Part shown: one piece after another, positions 25,762-37,667 of the stretch
Layout: every line of letters begins with the position of its first letter
Numbering within the stretch: the first letter of the stretch is position 1
Source of the DNA: Amphiscolops sp. MND2022
Lineage: Eukaryota
Direction: 5' to 3'
Assembly: GCA_964187785.1 (NCBI GenBank)
Contig: OZ076409.1
Location: 54,004,001-54,068,000 of the forward strand
Length of the DNA stretch: 64,000 nt
Program-made: the position numbers and the translations under genes
Notes under the pieces: generated by a model
Databases searched by the model: none
The model's input: the letters and a program-made list of their open reading frames with translations, nothing else
What the model was told of the DNA's origin: nothing

Positions 25762-28700
25762 ATGTCTGACATCCACTCCGTTTATTCTCTTCCAGAGACT
25801 GAAGCCACAGAAAGTAAGTGCACTATTTTTTCTTTTCTTTCACAAAACAGGTTAGGGAACAATTAGGTACTGAAGGCGCGTCTTGGTTTTAGCAGACTCC
25901 GTTCACTCTGTCGGCGTCATTTCCGAGCTGACTATATTACAGACAATTCCGCCTCAAGAGGCTCCTATCCATGCAGCAGCTCCCGTTCCTCAATTACAGC
26001 TTGATCAGCAGTTTGAACAGCTCCCTAATGTCCCGTACCTTCCGCAGTGTAAGTTCCATCCTCCCAGATCATCATGTTCAGTCTACAATCTCTTCGTTTC
26101 CCTTCCCTGATCCATTCAGACGCTGACTCTTTCCGTTTGATGTTTAGATCACTATCCCTGGTATGCCTCCCTTGGTAGCATTACCTTTGGGTGGTATGAC
26201 CGCCACATGCGGGACATGCTGCGAGAGAGTATCCAGCAGTATAGTGAGTAAACTCCTTTTCACTTTCTTACTATACTAGGCCATCGTTCGGACACTCCGA
26301 TGTAATTCCGATGTAAACATCTCATCTGCATGTAGTGCCCTTTACGGTCGATTATCCATGTAATTCATTTTAAGATGAATTTAGGATGTGTCATGAACAT
26401 TCACAGCCTTTTCTGATTGACTCACTGCGAATTTCATTTTTTGAAGATGGGTTATGGATGAATTCTGCTCCAGACTTCTTTCTTTGCGCGGCGTACGCGC
26501 TCTTTCTTCTCCACTCGTCGTCGTCTGATTTCTGTTTTTCTTCCTTCAGGCCCAACGCCAATTCACGCACCGAGACCGCGTCCTATCACTTACTCCATTG
26601 CGATTGGGACCAGTGACTTCGGCAATGACAGTGTCGACGTCAGTACCCAAGGAGGGCCTCCTCAGCTTGATTTCTCTTCATTCCTGTGTGACCTGCCCCT
26701 GACTGGTGTGAGTTCTCCTGTCACTCGTGCTCCAGTCTCTGTTCTGTCCCCTGTCTTGAGACGGTCCTTAACTGTTGCCAGTCCTCCTTCTGCCCGTCTT
26801 ACTGTTGATGCAGGAGTCAATGCCATCGTCACTCCTGTTGATGTGGCAGTCGATGCCGTCGTCGCTGCCTCTGATCAAGCAGTTCAGGCCGTCGTGGAAG
26901 TCAGTGAGTCTTCCACTTCTTATGATCCTCCTGTTGAGGAAACTGCTATTGCTGCTTCGTCTTCTGTCCCTGCTGTGCGCCCTGTACTGGAAACTGCTCT
27001 TGTTGCTGTTAGTGCCTCTGAGGTTGTCGAGCCAGCTGTGGACCAACCTGCTCCTCCTGTCAGCGGCGCAGAAGGACCTAGTGACGTTCCTGAGGATTCA
27101 GCTAGCAGCACTGAAGCCTTACTGGAAATTCCTGAGGACTTTTCTGCCGGTAGCCTTCTGTCTGCTGAGCCTGATCAAGAGACTGCTCCTTCCAGTCCAG
27201 ACCTTACAACTGCCGTTACCTCTCCCATGAGGGCCAGTCTGCTGGACTCTGATGATGAACCAATTGCGTCTCGTCTGCCAGGTTAACTAAACAGCTTTAA
27301 ATCCTGTGAAGTATCTGATCAGTAACTTTTCGTTCGTTTCTCTTTTCATTTTCACTTTTATTAGTTTTTTCACGTTTTTCCTTCGTTTTCCATCTATTTC
27401 CCATCGTTTTCTGTATTCACTATTCGGTTTCTGTAGTTTTCTATTTTCATCACTTTCTCATCGTCAAAAGTCTTGAATATAGCGTTTTTTCTTTTCTGGT
27501 CATTTTTTAGAACTTTTCATCTCTTTTACATCCTTAAAATTTTCCGTTTCTGTTTTAGCAATTTTCGTCGTTTTCTTTTCAGTTTACATCTCTTTTTCAT
27601 CATTAAGTTGTTTTCGCTCTGAAATATCTCAATTTTGGTTCAAAATTCGTTCTATACATCTCTTTTTCATTTTTTCGTTTTTTCTTCGTTTTTCGCTTGT
27701 ATTTCCAATGAAAATATTATTTTACATCATGTTTTCATTACTCCGGGGGAGCTTTTTGAAGTTTTCATTGGATTTTCGAGTTTTCGTTTTCTGAGGATGT
27801 GTAGAGGATGAGTTTTACAATTTCGTTTCACTTGTGATTTCAGGGAAGAAAATACTTAAGGCAAAATGGTTTAACCATGTCTATTGTGGATTGGCGCTCG
27901 GATATCCAAAAGATCATCTGACGCGCGATTCTTACGTGAGGTGTCTTCTCTGCAAACAAGATGTAAAGATTGCTAGCCGCGGAATTACAACGTTTTTCGA
28001 ACATTGCCGTGGAATGAGGCACCACCGTCTGGACTGCTTGGTGCGATTGCGACGGGGGCTGGCGTTGAGAAAGCGAGACGGGACACTGATGTCCGAAACT
28101 GAGGCAAATGCGTATGCGACGACGTTAGCCGGTGAAACGGTGCCAGTGGTTGAGTCATGTCCCAGCGTGACAGTGATCGAGGCTCTACAGACTGAGGCAG
28201 CTGGCAGGTCCGTGTGGGGCGAGTTATGTGCGGTGGACGACAGTGAGCAGCTTGAAAGTGTGCGGCTATTTGTGTGCCTAGTCGTGGATGCTATTTATCG
28301 CGACTGTGACTTCTCAAGTGTGACGCATCTGTGGGACTTGATGGTGTCTTCGAATCCTGCTCATTCGGTCTTGTTTGGTGCGGCGTGTCGAGAAGCGGAC
28401 GCCCTGGTTATTATGTTTTGGTTATTGAATGTCATTTTACATGTTACATGTGTTTGTGGTTACTAGCAATCAAAGCTGGAAGGTTGTTTTTTGGGTTAGG
28501 GGCGTGTTAAAAGCAAAATTTGGGCAATGTATTTTGGGTAAGTCTATTTTTGTGTGTTTAGAGTTTGGTCCTGATGGGGTTTTGGCCCTATGTAATGCGG
28601 CGAGTGTTGAACTTGTGGACAGAGACTGAGTTCACTCGGTTTGGTGTGGCTATTGTGGGCGATCGAGTGGTGGGCACTGTCAACGTGTGCACTGTGGAGG

Positions 28701-30439
28701 GGCTCGCTAGTTATGTGGTCCTGTCCTTCAATTATTCTCAAGACTGGGAACAGCGTGTGGTCATCTGGATGATCAATTTACTTTGTTGTGTCGTGGGGCA
28801 GGTTTCGCCTGTCGGAGTTAGTTGTAGTCTGCTTCCCAGATTGGAGGACGTGTTGGTGGGGAACACTGGATTGGGAGCTGTCTCACTGGTTCCTCTGCGG
28901 ATTAGTGATATAAACAAGATCCTTGTGGACGTGAGTGTGCGCGTTATGGGTGGAGTCGATGTGCATTCTTTGCTTAATCATTTACAGACGCGATTGAAAG
29001 ACTTCGTGCAGGATGCTGTCCTCCTGAGTTGTCCGAACTTATTGCAAGTGAGTATGTGTTCTGTATTGGTTTTTCTAACATTTTAGTTTATTGTTTTCGG
29101 GGGTTTTGTGCTTGGGTTGTGCGAGTGATGGGTCTTGATGAGATGTTTTTATCCACTTGGTGTATTATATTTTAGTCTGTGCCAGAGGGAGAAGTTACGC
29201 TATGGGATGTACCCGATGTACTGACGGATCTCTATACTCATTGGTCAGAGATTGTTGTGCTCCTGAGGGTGCCAAGCAGTTCTGGGGTGTCTGAGACGCT
29301 TGACCTTGTATTGTGTGGTGACCCTAGTGTCTCCTTTCGACTTCATGCATTGTCGCTGGTATTCCGTGCTCGTATGTATATTTCAATTTCATAGTGTGTT
29401 ATTTGGTGGTGGGGGGAGACGTGAAGTAGTAGATCGAAAATATAGTTGTAGATCTTGGGGGGCGGCTGTTATAAACCCTTCTGTATAAATTTTTGGTTTG
29501 ATTTTAGTCGTTAATTCTTTTCGCTGGAGCTTCAGCAGCTGTGAATTGAGGACGTCACATTGGGCATACGAGAGTTCGTGTTTCGTACATGCTATCTTAT
29601 CGTATCTCGTTGAGGAATCAGAGCTCCCTGTTGTGGTAGATGTACGAGCCAGCTTGTGCCTTGAACTCGATGGACTTGTGGTTTCTGACGCCAAAATGAC
29701 TGTGCTTCGCGAGAAGTTTATTTCTCACATGAACTGTTTTGAGAGCCCAGCTGTATTTGAAGAGAATGTGGTGCTAGTCAAGGACTTTATGATGATGGTC
29801 GTGGGTGAGGTCTTGTGCGCACGGGGCATGAAAGAGGAAGTGACCTTTCACATGAGTGTCTGTTGTCCTGCCCTGTTATTGCTGGGTGATCCTGAAGTGC
29901 TGTCAGTAGAAGTTGGACATTTTACAGATTTATTGATGGATTTGAGACGAGTCACTGTGGTGGAAAAGAAACGGATGGACAGGAGTTTTCCTGTCTTTCT
30001 TGCAAATTTTCGGCGGATTACAACTGATGTGACCTCAGACAGTGCGAGTTCTGCTGTCAAGATTATGCGAGCGTGTGAAAGTGTGCCTGCGCAGCGGCTG
30101 TTCAGGTATCTCATGTGTCTGAACGAGAGTCCACCATTTCCACTCAGGAGTTTATGTGACAGTGTGGGTGAGTTGCGGAGTGATATCACGACCAGCGTGT
30201 GCTCCAGTGTTTTGAGTTTTCTCAAGGCTCATTGCATCCGAACTTATGATAGTGTTAGCGGTCCGTTATTGGGGGAAATCGCTGAATATTTTGGGCGATT
30301 TACGACTCTGCCTGGCGTAACTGAAGAGATGTTATGGGATGATGTCGGTGTTGTGGCAACCGAAGATTACCGTCAGTCTCTTTACGCAATGATGGGGTTC
30401 ACTGAAGAGGGAGAACGAGCTCCGAGTCCGGAGATTTGA
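25762..30439 (+). CDS. Element A antisense spliced accessory gene: BED-type zinc finger plus inactive hAT-transposase-like protein, 1070 aa predicted
   Basis: Exons 25762-25813, 25893-26048, 26148-26243, 26550-27281, 27844-28406, 28562-29047, 29176-29371, 29508-30439. All introns are GT..AG with compatible phases (1,1,1,1,0,0,1). Total 3213 nt with no internal stop. Zinc finger CLLC...FEHCRGMRH in exon 5. Confidence 0.85.
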
Positions 30440-32565
30440 AATACTTGCATTGAATTTTTGATTGTGACTTGTTTTCATTTCGTATATTAGTATTAGTGTT
30501 TTGTATTATGTTATAGTATAACTTGGTGGGTGACCAAATCAATGTGCCACTGCAAGTGTTGGGGGGGCGATAAAAACTGCTGCGGCGGAAAAATCGGCAG
30601 CAGGCATATGTACAGAATAGTTATTTGGCGCCCGAATTGGTTTTTTCTTGAGATGCTAGTGAGTAGGAACACAGGTAGGGAAAATTTTGCGATTCATTGT
30701 TTCGCATTTTGTTATTATGCCACGTCGTTGAGTTTTATATTACCGGTCGTCATCGCTTCCGCTTCGCTTTTTCGATGTCGCACTTTCTCAGGTAACTTTT
30801 GCATGGCGTTCATCATTGTTACATCTCTTGTGTTTGTTGGTAGGTCCTCAACGCTTTGGTTCTGATTTATCATCTCGTTTTCATCGCGTTTTCCTCAGTC
30901 GACCGAGCGACGTCGCGAAAATTGTTTTCTCATCTTTTTTATATCGTTTGTTACGTAGGAAACATTGCATGTTGTTATATGTATTTTATCTGCATGGTCC
31001 ATCGTCTTTTCATCGTTAGTTTGTATTTTAACATTTTTACACGTTATTTGGTATAGTTCATCTTCTTTTCATCGTAATTTTGAAATTTTGTAATTTTGTG
31101 CGTTTTCGTGGCTATGTGACTCTGACGTTTTCGGGAATGTACTTTTCATATGGTATGTGCATGTTTTACTCATTTTATACTGTCTCAGTATGATTTTCAT
31201 TCTCTTTTTAATTTTACATGTCGTTTTGGTGTTCGTGGTATTTTCATAATGTAATCTTTTAATGGGTTACCCCATTATTTGCATGTTGGTTATTTCTTGA
31301 TTTTGTTCGTCAATTTGGACAGGGCTTTGTCGTCACAAAGCCCCTACAAAACTAACTGAGAATCCACTAGCCGCTGGATAACCAACGCAGCAAGCTTCAT
31401 CCGAATATGGTTGTGAGCTCCCCGCCTCAACTAACCAGCACTCTTTTCAGAGAAATGCCAGCCAGCACGAAGGAATGTTTTTAGTTTTTCGATAGGGGTG
31501 TTTTGCTTGTTATGAACTGATGTTTGCTGGGGGGTGCTCACTCCTTTATTCGTTTTGTAGGTGTTTCGTCAGTTCTTATATTTTGCATGTAAGTTATTAG
31601 ACTTCATGTATTTTCGATTGTTTGTTTCATTTTTTTTCGTCTAGGTTTGGATGGCTTTGGTGTGAATTGCATATATTATCTCGTTCGTTTTTAAACGGTA
31701 CATGTATATTTCCGTGTGTTACTCATTTGTATTGCATGTAGTTTGGAATTGTCAATTTCTTTCGTGACGTCATTGATTTGGCAGGTCTTTGAACTTTACA
31801 TGTATTGATCATTTCATTTTCGTGTCGCATAATTCTGTTTGCATGATTCGAAATAAAGTCGGTTGTTTTTTATCGTTTCGTGGAGTTACATGTTGTTTGA
31901 GAGTTAGCTGATTTATTGTGATGTTATGTTGATGGTGTTTCCCATCGCAAGGAGGTTTTGGTAAGTCATTTAATATTTTCGAACTTCCATTTAGACTAAA
32001 TTCATCGTTTTGACATCCTCCAGCGAAGCTAGAGTATTCTGTCAGGTTAACGATAAATTCGGTCACGATTTGATGGTAGTGTCCATCACAAATTCATCTC
32101 GTTAATTGATTTCATGTAATTTCTGAATAATTGGATCGAATTCATCGCTATTTCATCCTCTAGCCGAGCTAGAGTATTATGACAGCATGAACGTGAGTGC
32201 GTTCGCATTCTGATGGTATTTTCCATCTCAAATGCATCGCTAGTAGATATTGCATGTTGATTGGTCGAATTTTTGACTGAGTTCATCACTTTTTCATCTC
32301 TCGTGTGTCTGAGCTAATTTTTCATGTGATTTCATCCTTTTTTCATCTCAAATTTTTGTGTGTTGTTTTTTCTGGTTTTTTGGTCGTTTTTCATCCGTTT
32401 TACATCGTGTTTTGTTTTTATGCGTTTTTCATGTGATTTTTAGTGACTTCTCATCCATTTTACATCTTCATGTTCATTTTAAATTGAAATTGCATGTAAT
32501 TGACTCGGTTTTGTGAATTGTTCATCTTTAACACATCGTGTGTTTTGAAATGTTGTTTTTCTTGG

Positions 32566-35500
32566 CTAACTCGTTACGTTTACTTTGTTGGTCTTTCTCA
32601 GAGAGTTTCTGGCTGATGTAATCTCATGAATAAGGAAGTCAGGATATTTTTTCGGTGTAGGGTTTTCGCGTAACCTGTACCTACTTTGATTTTTTCTAGA
32701 AGGTCTAGAACTCATCCTTTCCTCATCTTCAGTTTGCGTGTTTGTCTGTTGTGGCTGATTTTCGTGTTGTTCGTCTCTCAGAGGTACTCTTATCCTACTT
32801 TCATCGCGGGGGGGGGCGGTAGAATAATTTCCTCTTGCGTTCCAAATCTAACTGTAGGTGGTCTAAAGTTGTTTTGGTCAGTTTCTACTTGCTGATAATC
32901 TATTCTCGTGGTTATTTCTGGTGGAATTACTTGTGGACTGTGTTGTTCTTGTACCTGCGGAATTATTTCTTCTGAAGGCTCTTCTTCGACTAAGTCTTGA
33001 TCTAGATTGTCATTCTCATTCTGATCTACCTCGTCGGTCGTCGGAATATTCGAGTCGAAAATGTCCGTGTCTTCAACCCTTTCAGTGTCTGGGTAGAGAT
33101 GTTTGGACAGGTTGATGTCATCAATCGGAAATTCCGGTTTGAACAATCTCAGTCGCATGCGATGTACGCACTGAGTTTGGTGTGTGCCTACTTTGCCGAT
33201 GATGTAGTTGCTATCGGATAGCACTTTAATCACCTTGTACGGTCCTTTCCAATGGAAAGTTTTAAACTCTTCTTTGCTTCTCTGAGAGTCGTACTTAGGA
33301 TCTAGTAGGAACACAAATTCATTCACCTTCAGTGGCTGTGCTCGTGCTTTTCTATCATAGTACGTTTTGTACTTATGATAGGCGGAAATGATGTTGTCTA
33401 GATTGTCTCTGAAGATGAAGTTCATTTTGTCTAGAATTTCGTTCACGTCCTTGCACTTTGTTTCAGCCGGTTTGTTTGCGTTTCGGAATTGCAGATCTAG
33501 TGGGTTGTATGGTGTTCTTCCGTGGAAAATTTCAGTTGGTGAACATTTCAGTGAATCATGATACGTTGTGTTATGGGCCATGATTGCTATGTCGACATAG
33601 CGGTCCCATTGTGGTCGGTCAGCGTTTACACTAATTTTAAGGATCTTTTTCAGTTTCGCGTGCGTTCTCTCCACCATGCCTATTGTCTGTGCGTGCTTTA
33701 TCGTGGCATGGGAGATGTGAATATCAGCCGCTTTCGCGATTTCAGACAGAAGTTCAGCCGTAAACGCCGTGCCCTTGTCCGTCAGAATGTGCTTGGGCAC
33801 ATACGCGTGTTTCGTGAAGATCGACAGTAATCCTCTGACTACGGAATGTGTATCAGGTCTCTTCAGCGGAACGGCGAACAGGTAGCGCGAAAAAACGTCA
33901 ACAGCCGTCAGAATGTGTGTAAAACCGTTCGACGCCGGGAGTGGACCAACGATGTCTATTTCCAACAGGTCTTCTGGTCCGTCGCACGGGTCGTAGACTT
34001 TTTGTAACGGTGGACGTAGTTGCGTTTCTTTTACACTTTTAGATTTCATGCAGTTTTCACATCCGTCAAGGACTTTTTGAACTTTACAGGCTAAGTTAGG
34101 AGAGTAATATCTTTTACGAAGTTCGTGCAACATTTCCTTTGAACCAGGGTGTCCTTGTACCGGGCTGTTATGTAGAGTCTTAATTATTTTCAAAATACAG
34201 TCTTCAGGAACAACTAACTGCTTGTGAGACTCCAGTCCCGTGTGATCAAAAAACTGTCTGTACAAGACACCGTTTACAACTTGTAGACGTTTTCGATTTT
34301 TGTACAACTTTTGAAAAAACTGGTCTTGCATATTAACTGGGTGTTGCAAAATTTCAGTACCTTCTAAAAATCTAATCATTTTTTGAATAACCCAGTTATT
34401 TTTCTGGACCTGAATTAGATCGATCCCCTCAGCGGGGCTAACCTGACTCATTACCGGGTGTGATAATGATACTTTACGGATGAATTGCGAGAGTTGAATC
34501 GGCTCGTCCACGTCTGTGAGGCGGTACGTCAGATGGTTGTCAGTCGCGAAGTCATCTGAGGCCGCTGTTCTCTCACAGTTGGTGAACTTCATCCCTTTCC
34601 CATCGTCATGAGCCACGTCAGTGCCAGTTGCCAATTTCATCTCTTTGACATCCTTCTGGCGTTTGCATCTGAGTGGTTCGCTCGTGGGAAAGTAATTAGG
34701 CTCGTCTTCCTCCTGTTTTTGTGTACGGGAGGCGATGTCGATCTCGATTCTGTGAATTGAAATAGTATCAGTCAATTTTAAATGTACACGGTCTTCAGGT
34801 CTAATCTCAAGCCGAGATAAGTAATCCGCTGCGGGATTTTCAACTCCTGGAACATGTGCTAATAAAAAATTGAACTGAAGGGTTTGATCGCAAAAATTCC
34901 AAAGTGAAGGCGGGATATGCTTCGCCTGAAAAAATCTAGTCAAAGCCTTATTGTCAGTCATAACAATGATGGGTTTTTTCGCACCCCACAAAATGTGGCC
35001 AAATTCATCGAAGGCAAAGTGCATAGCTAAAAACTCTTTGGCATACATTGTGAGAGACATCTGGCCGCCCTGAAATTTCTTAGAGCCAAATGCAACAGGG
35101 GCGTATGTTTGTTTGACTGACGGGTCAGCATAATCCTCAATTAACAAAACATAGCCGGCAGCGTGTTCGCTGGCGTCACACATGATTACCAGTTGTTTAT
35201 CAGGTAATGGCAATTTCAGGGACACTTTTGTTGCTTTTAACAAACTTTCATTGATTTCAAAAATAGCATCTTTATGTTGTTGATTCAGTTTGAAAGGGAC
35301 GTCCTTCTTGATCAATTCGTGTAAACAACAAGTTTTATCAGCTAGTCGGGGAATATAAGACCTGTAAAAGTTTACAAAACCAAGATAACGTTGCAATGCT
35401 TTCACTGAGTTGGGGGGTTTCAATTTGGTCAGATAGTCAGTTACTCGTTTCTCAATGGGAGCAATACCGGTGCTAGAAATGGTTTTTCCCAAGTACTCTA

Positions 35501-37667
35501 TTTGTTTTTGTCCAAATTCACATTTACTCATGCTAAGTTTAAGACCGGCTTTGTTCAGCTGCTGAAAAACAAGTTCAAGGTTATTAATCAGTTCGTCAGG
35601 GGTGTGTGCTGCAATTCCAATGTCATCAACATATTGAGCACATCGGTCCGCTTTGACCAAGGGGTCCAAATACTCACGGACTACACTTGTGAATGCTGAC
35701 AAAGAACGGTTAAGACCTTGGGCTAGACGTAAAAAGGCAAAAGTTCTAGAACCAAAATTAAACGATAACAGTTGGACAGACTGCTCATCGGCCATTGGAA
35801 TGCAATGGTAGGCCTGGGAACAATCAAGTTTACAGAAATACTTTTTCCCGGCCATGTGTTGGGCAGCGTCAGCAATTGTTGTTACGGGATGGTTGTGTTC
35901 ACCGTAATCGTTTTTGATCAAGTGGTTTATTCTTCTCAAGTCAACTAAAATCCTCAATTTACCATTTGGTTTACGTTGAGCAAATATCGGAGATGAGTAT
36001 TTGCTATGAGGCAAAGTAGTTATGATCCCGTACTCTTGCATTAAAGCTAACTCCACGAGCAAATCGTCCTTCAAATTTGTCGGAGTAGGGAGACTTTGTG
36101 AATAAACAGGTTCTTCATGTTGGGGTGTTAGCTTAACTTTAAAATCAGTGTTCATGCCAATATCAAAACGATGTCTAGCAAAAATGGAGTTGTACTTTAC
36201 CAGCAACTCCTCTACCTGTAACCGTTGAGACGGAGTAAGAAGCGAGTCGTCCCAGTTGAAGTTCTTCAGGAAGTTCATCCGTTGTTCATCGGATTGGGAC
36301 GGGTCAAGCTTCTCGAGCTCTCGTAGTGCCAGAATCTCATCATAGATTCGACGCTCAATTGCGTTGAGTTTGTCTGGCTCACTGCACTTCTCGGGAGTTG
36401 GGTACCACTTAGTTGACTTCATTTCAGGGTTCACGAACAGTTGGTTGATCACTGCTTCCGCCTCATCTGGGTACTTGGTGATCAGGTTCAAGTGTTCGAC
36501 TGGCATGGGTGTGATGTTTGCCGCCTGATGTGGTGTCGGTATGCGAAAGTGTGCCAGAGTGGTGTTGGCATCAAGTGTGAACGTGTGGTTGTTCGGGTTG
36601 GTGACCTGGATTGTCGTCTTGCCCTCGTCTAGGTCAACCAAAGTTGGAGAAACAAGCAAACACGTCTTTCGCATGAATCCAGGTGAGCCCTCAACTGTAC
36701 CAGTTGTAAGTGAGATGTCCGCGTCACTGTGGACCTGTATCATCACTTGATGGAGAGAAGGGATCACTGTTCTGGTACTGGAACACAAATCAATTAAACC
36801 AGTTTTGAATCTGTTGTTCTTTTGCTGTCTAACTTGCATGGACATCATGTGATTAGGGAAGTGGACAAGGTGGTTTTTTATGTCTAAATTGACTGAGTAC
36901 TTTTCAAAGAATGACATTCCAATTAAAATTGTGCCCATTGTTGGAAGGATTAGGAACGTTTCTTCAAAGACTTTTCCAGCAACGTAAAATCTAAGTAAGA
37001 CTTGCTTACGTACTGGGACTAAGTTCCCGTTTGCTATTTGAATTTTGAAATTCGGAGGGGGGAGTTCTTGAAGGATGGCTTCTGGATGAGCCGTTGTTAT
37101 TTTTCGCAATTCTGCTTCAGACATTGCACTTTGAATTGCGCCTGTATCTAAAAGTGCGCTGTTTTCATATTTGTCAAACTGAAGAGGGACGTAAAGCATT
37201 TTATCTTTCTTGTTTAAGTGTAAAGTGGGACTGAGAACGTGAATTTCTGTTTTAGTTGCATGTTTTTTAGCTTTTGAAACGTTAATACTACTCTGTTTTG
37301 CATGTTTTTTAATACTAAGCCGTTTGTCGATTGTTGAGTGTGAAGTCGAGTCGTCGTCAAGATGGTTGGTTTCCATCTCTTTGGCATCTTCCACCTGCCT
37401 CATGGTGTTTTATTGCCAGTTCATCGTTTGTTCATCGTTGATTTCAGCGAGTGGAGAAAAGCGGCTGCCGTTGCGTTGACGTGCAATTCCCATCGCTTTT
37501 TCATCGTTGGAAAGTCTTCGCTGATAGACGTCGTCAGCTTTTGGTCGTTTGTCCAGTGAAGGCTGCCATTTCTTCATTGGACGGTTGTGTGTAGTCGGTT
37601 GAGTCGAAAGTCGTTTGTCGCGCGTTGTATTTCTAGCGGGCGGAAAACGTGGCTGAATCAAAAACCC
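32566..37667 (-). CDS. pol: Element A Pol polyprotein (protease, RT, RNase H, integrase)
   Basis: Main ORF 32790-37403: LLDTGA, QYVDD, DAS...E...TD...D RNase H motifs, HHCC, and integrase D-D-E (IDIVGP, TDKG, VERTH). The same frame extends upstream to the slippery site but has one TAA at 37410-37412. The C-terminal tail (..RYRLRENPTPKKY..) continues to 32566 after a shift in a 9-nt homopolymer. Confidence 0.95.

Noticed and set aside
25762..30439. env gene in the post-pol position
   Set aside because: Opposite strand, intron-containing, with a zinc finger; no signal peptide, furin site or transmembrane anchor pattern.
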